Origin: Deltaproteobacteria bacterium
GTDB taxonomy: Bacteria > Desulfobacterota > GWC2-55-46
Length of the DNA stretch: 47,819 nt
Assembly: GCA_016219115.1 (NCBI GenBank)
Contig: JACRCH010000007.1
Coordinates: 1 to 47,819 of the forward strand
Direction: 5' to 3'
The notes beneath the pieces are model-generated. The model was not told the origin of the DNA. It saw only the letters and a program-made list of their open reading frames with translations, and did not search any database. Shown in pieces: positions 10,181 through 19,318 of this stretch (positions are counted from its first letter, which is position 1; every line of letters starts with the position of its first letter). The position numbers and the translations under genes are program-made.

Positions 10181-10972
10181 ATGCTCGAACATTTCTTCAG
10201 AATCAGCAATATAATAAGCGCCATCGACATACTGATCGTGGCGGTAGGGTTCTACTGGTTCATGCTCACGTTCAAGGGGACCAGGGCCGAGCGCATGCTC
10301 TGGGGGCTCGCCGTCATCGTCATAGTCTATTTCGTCTCGAAGAGGGCGGAGCTTTTAACGCTGCACTGGATACTCAGTAACTTCCTCGGCTCTATCGCGA
10401 TATTCATAATCGTCGTATTCCAGCAGGATATAAGAAAGGCGCTCGTCCAGGTCGGAAAACCCTTCACATCAAGGTACGTCACTGGCTCCATAGAGGCCAT
10501 GGAGGAGATCACCAGGGCGGTCTCGTCGCTGGCCAAGTCCAGGACGGGCGGGCTTATCGCGGTTGAGAGGGGCATGGAGCTGACGGATTTCCTCGGCGCC
10601 GGCGTCGAGATAGACGCCGTAGTGTCAAGGGAGCTTCTGCTTTCGATCTTCAACGCCAACTCGCCTCTCCATGACGGCGCGGTCGTCATCAGGGGCGGCA
10701 GGGTCTACAGGGCGGGCTGCATACTGCCCCTGACCGAAAAGGAACTCGCCAAGTCGATGGGCACCAGGCACAGGGCCGCCGTGGGTCTTGCCGAGGAGAC
10801 GGACGCCGCCATAATAGTCGTTTCCGAGGAGACCGGCGAGATAACGCTCGTCGTCGAAGACGGCCTTTATATTGGGATCAGCCCGGAGAGGCTTGTTGAG
10901 GACATGAGGGCCCTCTTCGCGTACAAAGGATACCCGAGAAAGTCTGTCTTCTCATGGAAGGCCGGTTCTTGA
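10181..10972 (+). CDS. cdaA: Diadenylate cyclase CdaA/DacA
   Basis: Three TMs plus DAC domain with LHDGA and GTRHRAA motifs. Confidence 0.95.
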   Translation: MLEHFFRISNIISAIDILIVAVGFYWFMLTFKGTRAERMLWGLAVIVIVYFVSKRAELLTLHWILSNFLGSIAIFIIVVFQQDIRKALVQVGKPFTSRYVTGSIEAMEEITRAVSSLAKSRTGGLIAVERGMELTDFLGAGVEIDAVVSRELLLSIFNANSPLHDGAVVIRGGRVYRAGCILPLTEKELAKSMGTRHRAAVGLAEETDAAIIVVSEETGEITLVVEDGLYIGISPERLVEDMRALFAYKGYPRKSVFSWKAGS

Positions 10973-11616
10973 AAAAACTGTTATTGTCGAACATAAGGCT
11001 TAAGCTTCTGGCCCTCGCCTTCGCCACGGCGCTGTGGTTCTTCGTGGCCGGGCAGAGCGACACCGAGGTCGGTTTCCTTGTGCCGCTCGCTTTCAAGGGC
11101 ATACCAAAGGAGATGGTCATGACGAGTTCCCCGCCGGAGGACGCGGAGGTAAGGGTGGCCGGGCCGAAGTTCATCATCAACAACCTTTCCCCTTCGCAGA
11201 TAATCGCCGAGATAGATTTAAGCTCGGCGAAGGAAGGGCTCAACACCTTCAGTCTCCAGCCCAGGGACGTCTCGACCCCGATAGGAGTCGAGGTGCTGAG
11301 GGTAAGGCCGAGTTCGATAGATGTGAGGATGGAGAACCTCATTAACGTAAACCTTCCGGTCAGGGTGACGCTCATCGGGAAGCCCGCGGCGGGGTACAGG
11401 GTAGCCGATGTCACTGTCTCCCCGAAGACGGTAGTCGCCAGCGGGACAAAAAAGGATATAAAGACCATGGGCGGGGTCTACACCCGTCCGGTGGACATAA
11501 GCGGGCTCGATGCGTCCGCGAATTTTACGGCGCGGCTCGACGTGCCGCTGCACGAGTTCAGGTCCGTAAGCACGGACGCCGTCAATGTGAGGGTGAAAAT
11601 AGAACGTGAGAGGTAA
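10969..11616 (+). CDS. cdaR: CdaR/YbbR-domain protein
   Basis: N-terminal TM (ALAFATALWF), YbbR-like repeats, located between cdaA and glmM; TTG start overlaps cdaA stop. Confidence 0.85.
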   Translation: MKKLLLSNIRLKLLALAFATALWFFVAGQSDTEVGFLVPLAFKGIPKEMVMTSSPPEDAEVRVAGPKFIINNLSPSQIIAEIDLSSAKEGLNTFSLQPRDVSTPIGVEVLRVRPSSIDVRMENLINVNLPVRVTLIGKPAAGYRVADVTVSPKTVVASGTKKDIKTMGGVYTRPVDISGLDASANFTARLDVPLHEFRSVSTDAVNVRVKIERER

Positions 11617-11622
11617 CGGGAT

Positions 11623-12981
11623 ATGAGCGCAAAAAAAAGACTCTTCGGCACGGACGGCGTAAGGGGCATAGCCAACATCGAACCGATGACCTCGGAGATG
11701 GCGCTGCAGCTCGGCAGGGCCATCGCCTATATCTTCAAGCAGGAGGCCAGAAGGCACAGGATAGTGATAGGGAAGGACACGAGGCTTTCGGGCTACATGC
11801 TTGAGAGCGCGATGATGGCCGGGATATGCTCCATGGGCGTCGATACGCTCATCGTCGGCCCGCTGCCCTCTCCGGGGATCGCTTTCATCACCTCGAGCAT
11901 GAGGGCGGACGCCGGGGTGGTAATCTCCGCCTCGCACAACCCGTACCAGGACAACGGCATAAAGTTCTTCTCAAGGGACGGACTCAAACTCCCTGATGAC
12001 GTGGAACTGCAGATAGAGGACTTCATATTCGGGAACCAGGACCCCGCCCACAGGCCCACCGCGAGCGAGGTGGGCAAGGCGTACAGGGTCGATGACGCCA
12101 TCGGCAGGTACGTGGTCTTCGCCAAGAACTCCTTCCCCAAGGAGCTTACCCTCGACGGCTTGAAGATAGCGGTGGACTGCGCCAACGGGGCCGCCTACAA
12201 GGTAGCGCCCGATGTCTTCTACGAACTCGGGGCCGAGGTGATTCAAATCGGGGTCAAGCCCAACGGCGTGAACATAAACCACGAGTGCGGGGCCCTGTAC
12301 CCGGAGAACGTAAGCAAAGCCGTAAGGGAGGCCGGGGCCGATGTCGGGTTCGCGCTCGACGGCGACGGCGACCGCTGCATAATGGTCGATGAGAAAGGCA
12401 ATGTCCTCGACGGGGACTTTATAATGGCCATAAACGCCCTTGGAATGATAAAGGAGGGCACTCTTAATAAAAATACGCTGGTATCGACGATCATGAGCAA
12501 CTCCGGGCTCGAAGAGGCCATGGAGAAGGGGGGCGGAAGAGTCGTAAGGACCGCCGTAGGCGACAGGTATGTCGTTGAGGAGATGCTCAAGAACGGCTAC
12601 AACTTCGGCGGCGAGCAGTCGGGCCACCTTATCTTCCTGGACCACACCACTACGGGGGACGGAGTGATAACGGCCCTCCAGATACTCAAGCGCATGGTAA
12701 AGGAAGGCAAAAAGCTCTCTGAGTTATCAAAGGCGCTTGAGGTCTATCCGCAGGTCCTCCTCAATGTCAAGGTGAGGGAGAAAAAGGACTTAAAGACGCT
12801 CCCCTCCGTGGTCAACGCCCTCAAGGCCATTGAGGGCAAGCTTAAGAGCAGGGGCAGGGTCTTCATACGCTACTCCGGAACGGAGCCGCTTGCGAGGATC
12901 ACCATAGAGGGACGGAAAGAAAACGAGATAAAGACCATGGCCGAGGAACTGGCCTCCATACTCAAGAAAGAGATAGGTTGA
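11623..12981 (+). CDS. glmM: Phosphoglucosamine mutase
   Basis: [34 protein letters not shown]. Confidence 0.97.
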   Translation: MSAKKRLFGTDGVRGIANIEPMTSEMALQLGRAIAYIFKQEARRHRIVIGKDTRLSGYMLESAMMAGICSMGVDTLIVGPLPSPGIAFITSSMRADAGVVISASHNPYQDNGIKFFSRDGLKLPDDVELQIEDFIFGNQDPAHRPTASEVGKAYRVDDAIGRYVVFAKNSFPKELTLDGLKIAVDCANGAAYKVAPDVFYELGAEVIQIGVKPNGVNINHECGALYPENVSKAVREAGADVGFALDGDGDRCIMVDEKGNVLDGDFIMAINALGMIKEGTLNKNTLVSTIMSNSGLEEAMEKGGGRVVRTAVGDRYVVEEMLKNGYNFGGEQSGHLIFLDHTTTGDGVITALQILKRMVKEGKKLSELSKALEVYPQVLLNVKVREKKDLKTLPSVVNALKAIEGKLKSRGRVFIRYSGTEPLARITIEGRKENEIKTMAEELASILKKEIG

Positions 12982-13010
12982 CGGCCTCTTCGGGCGTAAG
13001 GCCCCATGGG

Positions 13011-13309
13011 GTTTTATTATTTCCTTCGGGTTGAACTTGGAATTCCCTGTAGCAAGCTAGCAGGGTCTCCTTGTAAAACCCTCCCCCTTTATGGTGACGG
13101 GGGAGGGTAGCGGGTGGGGGTGAAAATAATCTTTCATCCTTCGGAATTTCACCCTCCCCGCTTCCCGTTGCATCGGAAGAGCGCAACGGGAGCCCAGCCC
13201 TCGCAATCAAGGGAGGGGAGGGTTAAGGTGATACCCCGCGGCTTGCCGCGTATATAAAAACAGATTCCCCTTTGGGTACCCCGCTGGCAAGGCTTGCGGG
13301 GTGGTTCAT
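13011..13309 (+). repeat. Composite palindromic intergenic element (module Y + A doublet + B)
   Basis: Segments near-identical to 19193-19278, 32268-32370, 40664-41071 and 47660-47812. Confidence 0.9.
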
Positions 13310-13346
13310 GGCCACAAAAATACGAAAAGAAAAGGAAGCCGTAGAG

Positions 13347-14081
13347 ATGGCAAGACTCTCTGTAAACGTAGACCACGTAGCAACGGTCAGACAGGCCAGA
13401 TTGGCAACGGAGCCGGACCCGGTGTCAGCGGCGGCTCAGGCGGAACTCGCCGGAGCCGACGGGATAACCGTGCACCTGAGGGAAGACAGAAGGCACATCC
13501 AGGACAGGGACCTGATAATCTTGAGAAAGACCGTCAAGACCCGCCTTAATCTCGAGATGGCGGCAACAAAAGAGATGCTCCAGATAGCCCTGGAGTTAAA
13601 GCCCGACATGGTCACGCTTGTCCCGGAGAAACGCCAGGAGCTTACCACCGAGGGGGGCCTTGACGTGAAGGGCCTTTCCGAGCCGCTTAAAAAGTTCGTA
13701 TCCCACCTGATGGGCGCCGGGATCCCGGTAAACCTCTTCATAGACCCCGCGCCAGAAGCCGTCAAGGCGAGCCACAGGATAGGCTCCGACGGCGTGGAGA
13801 TACACACCGGAAAGTATGCCGACGCCGTAAGCGCCGCCGACAGGGAGCGCGAGCTTAAGAGGGTCTACGATTCCGTGCTCCTCTCAAAGAGGCTCGGGCT
13901 CAAGACCCACGCGGGCCATGGACTGGACTACAGGAACATAAGGGAAGTGGCCGCCATGAGAGATATAGACGAGTTCGCCATAGGCTACAGCATCATCGCC
14001 AGGAGCATTTATACCGGCATAGCGGAGGCGGTGCGCGAGATGAAGCGTATTGTCATAGAAGGAAGACAGGGCGGTTTTTAA
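13347..14081 (+). CDS. pdxJ: Pyridoxine 5'-phosphate synthase
   Basis: VNVDHVATVR, HLREDRRHI, TTEGG, AGHGL; the upstream in-frame extension is repeat-derived. Confidence 0.96.
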   Translation: MARLSVNVDHVATVRQARLATEPDPVSAAAQAELAGADGITVHLREDRRHIQDRDLIILRKTVKTRLNLEMAATKEMLQIALELKPDMVTLVPEKRQELTTEGGLDVKGLSEPLKKFVSHLMGAGIPVNLFIDPAPEAVKASHRIGSDGVEIHTGKYADAVSAADRERELKRVYDSVLLSKRLGLKTHAGHGLDYRNIREVAAMRDIDEFAIGYSIIARSIYTGIAEAVREMKRIVIEGRQGGF

Positions 14082-14103
14082 AGAAAGGGCGCACCCATAA
14101 GAG

Positions 14104-14454
14104 ATGATATACGGGATAGGGATAGACGCGGTAGATGTGTCGAGGTTCAGAACGGCCATGGAGAGGCGCGGTGAGAGGCTATTGCAGAGGCTCTTCACGC
14201 AGTCCGAGCTCGACTACTGCATGGGGAAAAAGGCCCCGGAGGTCCATCTGGCCGCCCGTTTCGCGGGCAAGGTGAGCTTCATCAAGGCCATCGGGAGAAG
14301 GTTTGACTTCCGGGATGTCGAGATAACGAGGGACCCCGACGGCAGGCCGTCGGTAGCGGCAAAAGGGCTCGAGAAGGGTTTCAGGGTCAATATCTCCATC
14401 ACCCACGACGGGGGTATAAGCCTCGCCGAGACTATCGTGGAGAAGAGCGAATGA
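14104..14454 (+). CDS. acpS: Holo-ACP synthase (atypical, conserved Glu replaced by Val)
   Basis: GIGID, LAARFAGKVSFIKA, GRP, ISITH; pdxJ-acpS synteny. Confidence 0.88.
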   Translation: MIYGIGIDAVDVSRFRTAMERRGERLLQRLFTQSELDYCMGKKAPEVHLAARFAGKVSFIKAIGRRFDFRDVEITRDPDGRPSVAAKGLEKGFRVNISITHDGGISLAETIVEKSE

Positions 14455-16019
14455 AGCTTATGGACGGGCGCACGACCCGGTCGGTCGACAGAAGCGCCGT
14501 ACGGAAGTACGGGATAAAGGGTCTTGTCCTCATGGAGAACGCCGGCAGAGGTATAGCCGAGGCCGTAAAAATGGAGCTTGCCCATTCTGCCGGCAAATCG
14601 AGGCGCGTGACCATAATAACCGGCAAAGGCAACAACGGCGGGGACGGGTTTGTGGCCGCCCGCCACCTTAAGAACTCCGGGGTGGATGTTACGGTACTGG
14701 CTTTAGCAAGGCTCGATGAGATGAAGGGTGACGCGCTTGTCAACGCCCGCTCATGGGTAAAGATGGGAGGGACTGTTTTTACCGTACTCACGGAGGCGGA
14801 GCTTAAAAAACGCTCGGCGTTTCTAACCCACTCATCGGTCATCGTCGACGCGATATTCGGCACCGGGTTAAAGGCCCCCGTAAGGGGTATCTCAGCCAGG
14901 GCCATCGAGTCCATAAACTCATCTCGTAAAAAGGTCGTCGCGATAGACATCCCCTCCGGGATAGACGCGACTACGGGCGCCATACTCGGCAGCGCCGTAA
15001 GAGCGGACCTGACCGTAACGATGGCCGCCCCGAAGCTCGGGCTCTACCTCTATCCGGGCAGGAGTTATTCGGGCCGGGTGGAGGTAGTGGACATAGGCTG
15101 TCCGCGAGAGCTTGTGGAGGACGACAGGATCAGGTGGAACCTCATAACCGAGGACTATCTTAAGAGGGTATTGAGGTCGAGGAAGGCCGACTCACACAAG
15201 GGCAGCCACGGCCACCTTCTGGTGGTGGCGGGCTCATTCGGCATGACCGGCGCGGCTTACATGTCCGCCATGGGCGCGATGAGGATCGGAGCCGGGATTG
15301 TCACGGTCGCAGTCCCGGAGAGCCTGCAAATCGCGCTTGAGGAAAAATCCGTCGAGACGATGTCCATCGGGCTGCCGGAGACACCCGCCGGGACGCTTGG
15401 GCCGCTCTCATTCGGAAAGATAAAAGAGGCGCTCAAGGGCAAGTCGGCCCTGGTCATCGGCCCGGGCTTCAAGCCCTCGGAAGATATATATAAACTCATG
15501 GAGATGGTCGTAAAAGAGGTAAGAGTCCCACTGCTTATGGACGGCGGCGCATTGAGCTCGCTTGAAGGCAGGGCCTCCATACTTGGAAAATCCAGGTGCC
15601 CGGTCGTCATAACCCCGCACCCCGGCGAGGCTGGCAAGCTCCTTGGCTTAAGCCCTTTGGCAATCCAGGCCGATAGAATAGCCTCAGCCGAAAGGCTCGC
15701 CAAAGCAACAGGAGCCGCCGTTGTCCTCAAAGGCGCGGGAACGGTCGTAGCGGCCCATGAAGAGGTCTTTATAAACCCCACCGGCAACCCGGCCTTATCT
15801 ACCGCCGGCACTGGCGATGTCTTGGCCGGGGTCATAGGGGGGCTGCTCGCTCAGGGGTACTCAACGCTTGACTCGGCGGTCTCCGGGGCCTACATCCACG
15901 GCCTTGCCGCGGATATCCTCCGTGAAAAGGGAAGAGACAAAGGCATGATAGCCACAGACCTCCTGCCTGTCATACCTGATATCCTCAACTCCGTCATGGC
16001 CCCGTCTAAAGAGGCTTGA
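14451..16019 (+). CDS. nnr: Bifunctional NAD(P)HX epimerase/dehydratase
   Basis: LMENAG, GKGNNGGDG, DIPSG, HKGSHG, TPHPGE, GTGDVLAG. Confidence 0.95.
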   Translation: MKLMDGRTTRSVDRSAVRKYGIKGLVLMENAGRGIAEAVKMELAHSAGKSRRVTIITGKGNNGGDGFVAARHLKNSGVDVTVLALARLDEMKGDALVNARSWVKMGGTVFTVLTEAELKKRSAFLTHSSVIVDAIFGTGLKAPVRGISARAIESINSSRKKVVAIDIPSGIDATTGAILGSAVRADLTVTMAAPKLGLYLYPGRSYSGRVEVVDIGCPRELVEDDRIRWNLITEDYLKRVLRSRKADSHKGSHGHLLVVAGSFGMTGAAYMSAMGAMRIGAGIVTVAVPESLQIALEEKSVETMSIGLPETPAGTLGPLSFGKIKEALKGKSALVIGPGFKPSEDIYKLMEMVVKEVRVPLLMDGGALSSLEGRASILGKSRCPVVITPHPGEAGKLLGLSPLAIQADRIASAERLAKATGAAVVLKGAGTVVAAHEEVFINPTGNPALSTAGTGDVLAGVIGGLLAQGYSTLDSAVSGAYIHGLAADILREKGRDKGMIATDLLPVIPDILNSVMAPSKEA

Positions 16020-16453
16020 TGCCTGAACCAAGGGTATACAGGACCGACTCTCCCGAGAAGACGGAAGAGCTCGGGGAGAAGCTCTCCAGAGAGTTCAAGG
16101 GGGGCGACAGGATAGCCCTCGTCGGCGAGCTCGGCGGGGGCAAGACCCGTTTTGTGAGAGGGGTGGCACGGGGCCTGGGGTCAAAGGGCTTCATAAAGAG
16201 CCCGAGCTTCACCATCGTAAATATCTACGAGGGCGGCAGGCTCCCGCTCTACCACATAGACCTCTACAGGATAGGCCGGGCCGATGAGCTTTTCGAGGCC
16301 GGGGTGGAAGAATATATTTACGGCAAGGGTGTTTCTATTATAGAATGGGCGGATAAGGTCCCCTCTCTTCTGGCCGATTGCACGGTCGTAATACGGTTCT
16401 CCCACGCCGGAGAAACCGCGCGGGAAATAGAGGTCGCTGGCGGGGCCGGTTAA
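16019..16453 (+). CDS. tsaE: tRNA t6A biosynthesis ATPase TsaE
   Basis: GELGGGKT, SPSF, YHIDLYR, IEW. Confidence 0.95.
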   Translation: MPEPRVYRTDSPEKTEELGEKLSREFKGGDRIALVGELGGGKTRFVRGVARGLGSKGFIKSPSFTIVNIYEGGRLPLYHIDLYRIGRADELFEAGVEEYIYGKGVSIIEWADKVPSLLADCTVVIRFSHAGETAREIEVAGGAG

Positions 16454-16476
16454 AATAAAAGTCGTGAGGATATAAG

Positions 16477-17871
16477 ATGAAAGAGTTTGATATCGTTGTC
16501 GTCGGGGCCGGTCCAGGCGGGTATGTCGCCGCGATAAGGGCCGCCCAGATGGGTGCAAAAGCCGCCGTGATCGAGAAGAAGAAGGTCGGAGGGACTTGTC
16601 TGAACTGGGGGTGCATACCCACGAAGGCGCTCTATTATTCATCCCTTACCCTGTCCGCCGCCAGAAAGGCGTCTGATTTCGGCGTGAATGTGGGAGACAT
16701 ATCGTTCGACCTCACAAAGGCCGTTGAAAGGAAAGACGAGGTCGTCAAGAAGCTCGTCGGAGGCGTTGAGCAGCTCCTGAAGGGCAATGGCGTCGAGCTT
16801 ATACGGGGAGACGGCTTTATCGAGGGCGCCGGCAAGGTGAGGGTCACGAAGTTCGACGGGACGGTCGAGGAGGTCGGAGCCAGGGCGATAATAATAGCCA
16901 CGGGTTCGGAGCCGGCGATGATACCGGCCTTCAACATAGACGGTAAAAGCGTTCTAACATCGACGGAGATGCTGTCGCTCAAGAAGGTCCCCGAAAGCCT
17001 CCTGGTGATAGGGGGCGGGGTGATGGGCTGCGAGTTCGCCACGATCTTTTCGACCTTCGGAAGCAAGGTGATGATAGTGGAGCTCTTGTCGACGATACTC
17101 TCGACGGAAGACAAGATGGTCTCAAGGGTCATCATGAAGAGGTTCAAGGAGACCGGGGTCAATGTCTTGACCGAGGTCTCGGTTGACAGGGTCATCGTCG
17201 AGGAGAGGGGCGTCAAGACCGTCCTCAAGGACGGCAGGGAGTTTTTGACCGAGAAGGTGCTCGTCTCCATCGGAAGGAGTTTCAATAGCGCAGGAGTAGG
17301 GCTTGAAGGCGTTGGGGTCGCGCTCGACAGTGGCAAGATCGTTGTGAATGAGAAGATGGAGACGAATGTAAAAGGCATATACGCCATAGGGGACGTTACC
17401 GGGAAGATGCTGCTGGCCCATGTCGCCTCCGTCCAGGGAATAGTCGCCGTCAATAACGCCCTCGGCAAGAACGCCGCGATGGACTACTCGGCCGTTCCGG
17501 CGGGCATATTCACCGACCCGGAGATAGCGAGCGTTGGGCTCCGTGAGAAGGACGCCGCGGATCTGGGGATAGAGGTGGCGGTCGGCAGGTTCCCGTATGC
17601 CGCCAGCGGAAAGGCCCTGGGCATGGGCGAGACCGAGGGGTTCGCCCAGATAATAGCCGAGAAGGGGACTGATAAGGTCCTTGGCTGCTCGATAGTCGGC
17701 GCCCACGCAACGGATTTACTCGGCGAGGTCACGCTCGCGGTCAAGTCCGGGGCGAAGGTAAAGGATATAACGGAGACGATCCACGCGCACCCGACATTGC
17801 CGGAGATAGTCCTTGAGGCCGCCGAGGATGTCCACGGCGTAGCCATACACAAGATCGGAAGGAAGAGGTGA
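16477..17871 (+). CDS. lpdA: Dihydrolipoyl dehydrogenase
   Basis: GAGPGGYVAA, GGTCLNWGCIP, GGGVMG, HAHPTLPE. Confidence 0.95.
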   Translation: MKEFDIVVVGAGPGGYVAAIRAAQMGAKAAVIEKKKVGGTCLNWGCIPTKALYYSSLTLSAARKASDFGVNVGDISFDLTKAVERKDEVVKKLVGGVEQLLKGNGVELIRGDGFIEGAGKVRVTKFDGTVEEVGARAIIIATGSEPAMIPAFNIDGKSVLTSTEMLSLKKVPESLLVIGGGVMGCEFATIFSTFGSKVMIVELLSTILSTEDKMVSRVIMKRFKETGVNVLTEVSVDRVIVEERGVKTVLKDGREFLTEKVLVSIGRSFNSAGVGLEGVGVALDSGKIVVNEKMETNVKGIYAIGDVTGKMLLAHVASVQGIVAVNNALGKNAAMDYSAVPAGIFTDPEIASVGLREKDAADLGIEVAVGRFPYAASGKALGMGETEGFAQIIAEKGTDKVLGCSIVGAHATDLLGEVTLAVKSGAKVKDITETIHAHPTLPEIVLEAAEDVHGVAIHKIGRKR

Positions 17872-17911
17872 TAGCGGGTTTGATCTTCAGTTCAGGAGGG
17901 TTTTTAAGTTA

Positions 17912-19147
17912 ATGGCTCTTATAGTGCAGAAGTACGGGGGGACCTCCGTCGGCAACATCGAGCGCATCAAAAACGTCGCCAGAAGGGTGGCTAATACTTT
18001 TAACGAAAACAACCGGGTCGTCGTGGTGCTCTCGGCCATGTCGGGCGAGACAAATAAGCTTGTCGGGTATGCCAACGAGGTAAGCGAGTTCCCGGTGAGC
18101 CGCGAATATGACATGATAATATCTACCGGTGAGCAGGTCACGATAGGTCTGCTGGCCCTCGCGTTAAACGAGATGGGCTACAGGGCCAAAAGCTTTCTCG
18201 GGCACCAGGTCCCGATCGTCACCGACTCCCAGTTCGGCTCGGCCCGCATAGAGAGCATAGGGGGCGAGAAGATCATGAGGGAGCTTAAAGACGGTGTGAT
18301 AGCCGTGGTGGCCGGTTTCCAGGGCGTCGATAGCGACGGCAACATCACCACCCTCGGAAGGGGCGGCTCCGATACCACGGCGGTGGCCCTTGCCGCGGCC
18401 CTCAAAGCGGACCTCTGCGAGATATATACGGATGTTGAAGGGGTGTACACCACGGACCCGAACATCTGCCAGGACGCCAGAAAACTGAAGAAGATATCCT
18501 ACGACGAGATGCTCGAGATGGCGAGCCTGGGGGCCAAGGTCCTTCAGACGCGCTCCGTCGAGTTCGCTAAAAAATATGAGGTCCCGGTCATGGTAAGGTC
18601 TTCGTTCAACGATGCCCCGGGAACACTGGTCTGCAAGGAGGACGCGGAGATGGAGAAGGTCGTTGTTTCGGGTGTGACCTACAACAAGGATGAGGCGAAG
18701 ATTTCGGTCTTGAGGGTGCCGGACAGGCCCGGGATAGCGGCCAAACTCTTTCGCCCCCTGACAGAGGCCGGGATCAACGTCGACATGATTGTGCAGAACA
18801 TAAGCCACGACGCCCACACGGACCTTACCTTCACGGTCTCCAAGTCAGAGTTCAAAAGGGCCTTGAAGCTCGTCAAGGAGACGGCCGGAGAGATAGAGGC
18901 CAAAGACGTCGTCGGAGACCCCAACATCGCCAAGGTCTCGATAGTCGGGGCCGGCATGAGGAGCCACGCCGGAATAGCCTCAAAGATGTTCGAGGTCATG
19001 AGCAAAGAGGGGATAAACATACAGATGATATCGACCTCCGAGATCAAGATCTCTTGCGTGGTCGATGTGAAGTACACCGAGCTTGCCGTGAGGGTCCTGC
19101 ACGAGGCCTTCGGGCTCGCCGGCGAAGTGGCGGAGGAGACCGAGTAG
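17912..19147 (+). CDS. lysC: Aspartate kinase
   Basis: VQKYGGTSV, TTLGRGGSD, two ACT domains. Confidence 0.96.
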   Translation: MALIVQKYGGTSVGNIERIKNVARRVANTFNENNRVVVVLSAMSGETNKLVGYANEVSEFPVSREYDMIISTGEQVTIGLLALALNEMGYRAKSFLGHQVPIVTDSQFGSARIESIGGEKIMRELKDGVIAVVAGFQGVDSDGNITTLGRGGSDTTAVALAAALKADLCEIYTDVEGVYTTDPNICQDARKLKKISYDEMLEMASLGAKVLQTRSVEFAKKYEVPVMVRSSFNDAPGTLVCKEDAEMEKVVVSGVTYNKDEAKISVLRVPDRPGIAAKLFRPLTEAGINVDMIVQNISHDAHTDLTFTVSKSEFKRALKLVKETAGEIEAKDVVGDPNIAKVSIVGAGMRSHAGIASKMFEVMSKEGINIQMISTSEIKISCVVDVKYTELAVRVLHEAFGLAGEVAEETE

Positions 19148-19175
19148 GGGCTTCCGATGGCGAAAGGGTCTTTGG

Positions 19176-19278
19176 TTTTCCGGAGCGTTTAATCACAAAA
19201 TTCCCTGTAGCTTGCCCTTGTAAAATTCTCCCCCTGGATGGGGGAGGGTAGGGTGGGGGTGAAAAAATGTTTTCACCC
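19176..19278 (+). repeat. Partial copy of module A with X prefix
   Basis: TTTTCCGGAGCGTTTAA also at 47643; TCACAAAATTCCCTGTAGCTTGCCCTTGTAAAAT...GGGGGAGGGTAGGGTGGGGGTGAAAA also at 40876. Confidence 0.88.
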
Positions 19279-19318
19279 TTACCGCCGCATTTTACTTTAA
19301 AACAGAAGAAGAAAAATC

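Noticed and set aside
13172-13183. ATCGGAAGAGCG matches part of the Illumina adapter (AGATCGGAAGAGCG..), also near 40978 and 47762
   Set aside because: It lacks the leading AG and the downstream adapter bases and forms the loop of a 9-bp stem in three separate loci, so it is more likely genuine. Adapter trimming could still bias assembly here, so reads should be checked.
12962-13376. Small ORFs over repeat regions (also 19054-19251, 36805-37236, 40794-41167, 43267-43863) and the pdxJ 5' extension
   Set aside because: They are translations of non-coding palindromic repeats or antisense shadows with no protein-like motifs
13965-14003. PdxJ IGYS instead of the usual IGH(A/S)
   Set aside because: Other key motifs (DH, HLREDRRH, AGHGL) are intact; a single substitution is too weak to claim altered function
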